Below, one piece after another: positions 61,520 to 64,000 of a DNA stretch of 64,000 nucleotides; positions within the stretch are counted from its first letter, which is position 1; every line of letters starts with the position of its first letter. A program made the translations under genes and the position numbers. The stretch comes from Dipteris shenzhenensis (lineage: Eukaryota): NCBI GenBank assembly GCA_047967505.1, contig CM106538.1; one strand, written 5' to 3'. The notes under the pieces are model-generated. The model did no database searches, was not told the origin of the DNA, and worked only from the letters and a program-made list of their open reading frames with translations.

Positions 61520-63566
61520 GAGTTTTAGATAGCCGATGTTTCGCCCCACATGTTCCTTCATCAAAACTTTTCCTACACTCAAAAGTGGCATTTTTTAGCT
61601 TTTCAATTGTAAGGTAATCTACTCACTTACCTTTGCCTTTTTTCTTGGCTCAAAGTGGTTGTCAGTGAGCGGTACTCTATAGGCATGCTTTTAAGGAGAA
61701 TTGCAAGTGCATCTTTTTCCCCTACTTTTGCATTTATGCCTTCTAGTTGGGTCATAATGCTTTTGATTTTTTTGACAAATTGTGCCATGGATTCATTAAA
61801 GCTCATGTGCAAACCATAGAATTCAATCTTAAGATGAATTTCTTAGTTTTTGGACCAAACACTATGTTCAACTCATCCCATGCATCTTTGGCATGAGCCT
61901 TGGAGTCTAGTATATGATGAATTATGTTTGGACCCAAGTGCAAACCAATGAGTGATGGTGTTGCTTTATCTTTTTCCTTCCAGGCATCATTTTGTGCAGT
62001 GGATATGTCTTCTTTTACAATCTTCCAAAGCTTTTAATGCATCAAGAGAGACCTCATTTGTGTAGACCATGTACGAAATTTTTCCCTAGTAAACTTCTCA
62101 ACAGTTGGGGTGTGTATTGCCATTGCAAAGGTCTTACCACTTGAAGAAACTTTCAAATCTAGAAGTGTCTAATTGCATATAGAAAACCTAAGTTGACAGG
62201 CTCATAGAGCTTGAAAAATCAGTTATTTTTCCTTTTTGGAGCACATGCAAATTCTTTCTGGATTGAGAGTTATGCCTTGTCGAATTTTTTATCAAGAAAG
62301 AAAAGGCATGATGATGTGGCATAGGGGTCATTCACATGCTGTAGATACACTGTGCATAGCAGGGGCTATGTGTCGAGGTGGCACTATGCCATGTGGCAAC
62401 CTTCTAACCTAAGTTTGTTAACCCAAGGTTACACAAACTTAACCATGATTCAACTAAACCAAGAAACCTAACCCCGTTAACCACTCTAGTTACCATGTTT
62501 TCAACCAAGGTAAAAAATGGAGCTGATGACATGGAAATGCCACTTGTCAGAAAAAGAGAGAACCACAGACATAAGGCATTTGATGGTGGAGGCAAGGCGT
62601 CGCTATTGATGGCAGAGATCGATCGGTCGATTGCTGGAGTATTGGTCGACTGGTTGTGGGTGTTTCTAGGCTATGCATGTGGTGTAGCTTGGAGATGGCT
62701 CTGCGATGAAGGCATCCGGTTGGCCCATTCATGGGTGCTATTGTAGAGCCGTTGCTTGGAGGTAGCTCTTTTAGAGGCTAGGAGCTCACGGGAGCTAAGA
62801 GACATTGCAGAGTCGCTCGTTGAGGGAGCCATAGAAGTGGGTAGTTGGAGGTCTCGTTGCTGCTGTCAGTCCACCTCGCTGGCTGTTGAAGTAGGTCAAG
62901 GGCTGTGGGAGTTGTTTGGGGCTATTGTTGTAGGGTCACATGTGAGCTTATGGAGCCATTAGGACGGCATTGGAGCAAGAGAGTTGTTAATGGTGGGCAA
63001 CTTTGCTAGCTTGAGTAGTTGACATTGTGAGCAGCCTCCTTTGTTGCAATCCATGTAGGAGCTAAGCCTTTGCTCTACTAAGCCTTGAGAGGGATGGCCG
63101 TCGAAGGAGACTTGTTGGAGAGGCTTAGCTTAGGAGCTTAGCTTAGTTAGCTACCCATTCGTTGTTGCTTGTATAAGCTTACTTGAGGAGTCAAGTTGCT
63201 GTAAAGCCTATGTGAGACTCGTTGGAGGCTACAGTCAGCTGAGTGCTGTGAAGGAGCAATCTCTAGATAGAGAAGCTCCTAAAAAACAAGGTTTGAGACC
63301 TCTCTCTCAGAATTGTCAGGGCTAATGCAAAAAATTGGATGCTATCTCTTCCTATTTCTCAATGAATCTCTCTCAATTCTCACAATGGAGTTCTTTCTCA
63401 AGGAAACGATATTCTGTCATGAACTAAGAAATCCCTTAGAAATCTCTCAAAATGAATGAAAATTTTCTCAAATGGACAGAAATTCTATTGAGCAAATGGA
63501 AATTCTCTCAACGAAAGAGAATCCTCACAATCACTCAAGAACACTCTCGATCTCTCGATCTCTCGA

Positions 63567-63627
<61 letters not shown>

Positions 63628-63948
63628 CAAGAATCGTAATGGCTTAGCGAAAGGCAAGGGAGCTCTGATACCATGTAAAAAGGGAGGGATCTAGGAGGAT
63701 AGTGACACCATGAGAGACATAAGATAGGCATCACTCAATCTATTGCAAATATATATTCAACAATACATGATAGGCTTCTTATATAGAGAGAGCCTTTATA
63801 ATAGTCAACACTTCTCAGATCCTCTCATCCACATCTCTCCTTGTGGATATCCTTGATCCACATCTCCACATCCTAGGGTGGCTACTTTAATTCTTTCCTA
63901 TACCATACCTTAGCCTCTAATATGTGCTCATGGCACCATATCTCAACA
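61520..63948 (-). mobile_element. 3'-truncated copia element: 5' LTR (63674-63948), PBS, long 5' UTR and gag (ATG 62123)
   Basis: LTR TGTTGAGA...TTTTACA, PBS TGGTATCAGAGC at 63662-63673, gag 'VEKFTRENFRTWSTQMRSLL...AKDAWDEL...AILLKSMPIEY'. No pol or 3' LTR seen. Confidence 0.88.
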
Positions 63949-64000
63949 GTAAGTGGACCCCAACCTCGAAACCTGGACTACCTAAGGATTCGACACTTTT

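Overview
Repeat-rich eukaryotic nuclear DNA from a land plant with a large genome (very long TE-filled introns suggest a fern or other non-angiosperm; this is inference). Two host genes are supportable. (1) The 5' part of a mitochondrial complex I 39-kDa subunit gene (NDUFA9) on the minus strand: seven exons from ATG 28348 to 3932 join in phase through GT-AG junctions (213 codons), and the gene runs off the left edge. Introns 1 (8,577 bp), 4 (14,735 bp) and 7 (>3.9 kb) are packed with nested TEs. (2) An intronless family-1 UDP-glycosyltransferase (55352-56746, +) whose probable original ATG (55334) is followed by an in-frame TAG. The rest is nested mobile DNA: two degenerate Ty1/copia elements, two TSD-flanked non-autonomous LTR elements, a solo LTR, a hAT-type MITE with an 8-bp TSD, L1 and Gypsy relics, OTU-like and Ulp1-like protease relics, and three copies of a LINE unlike typical land-plant L1/RTE (RTEX-like). 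Two 3' ends of that LINE form a ~390-bp-arm inverted repeat inside NDUFA9 intron 4. All family assignments come from reading motifs by eye; no database search was run.
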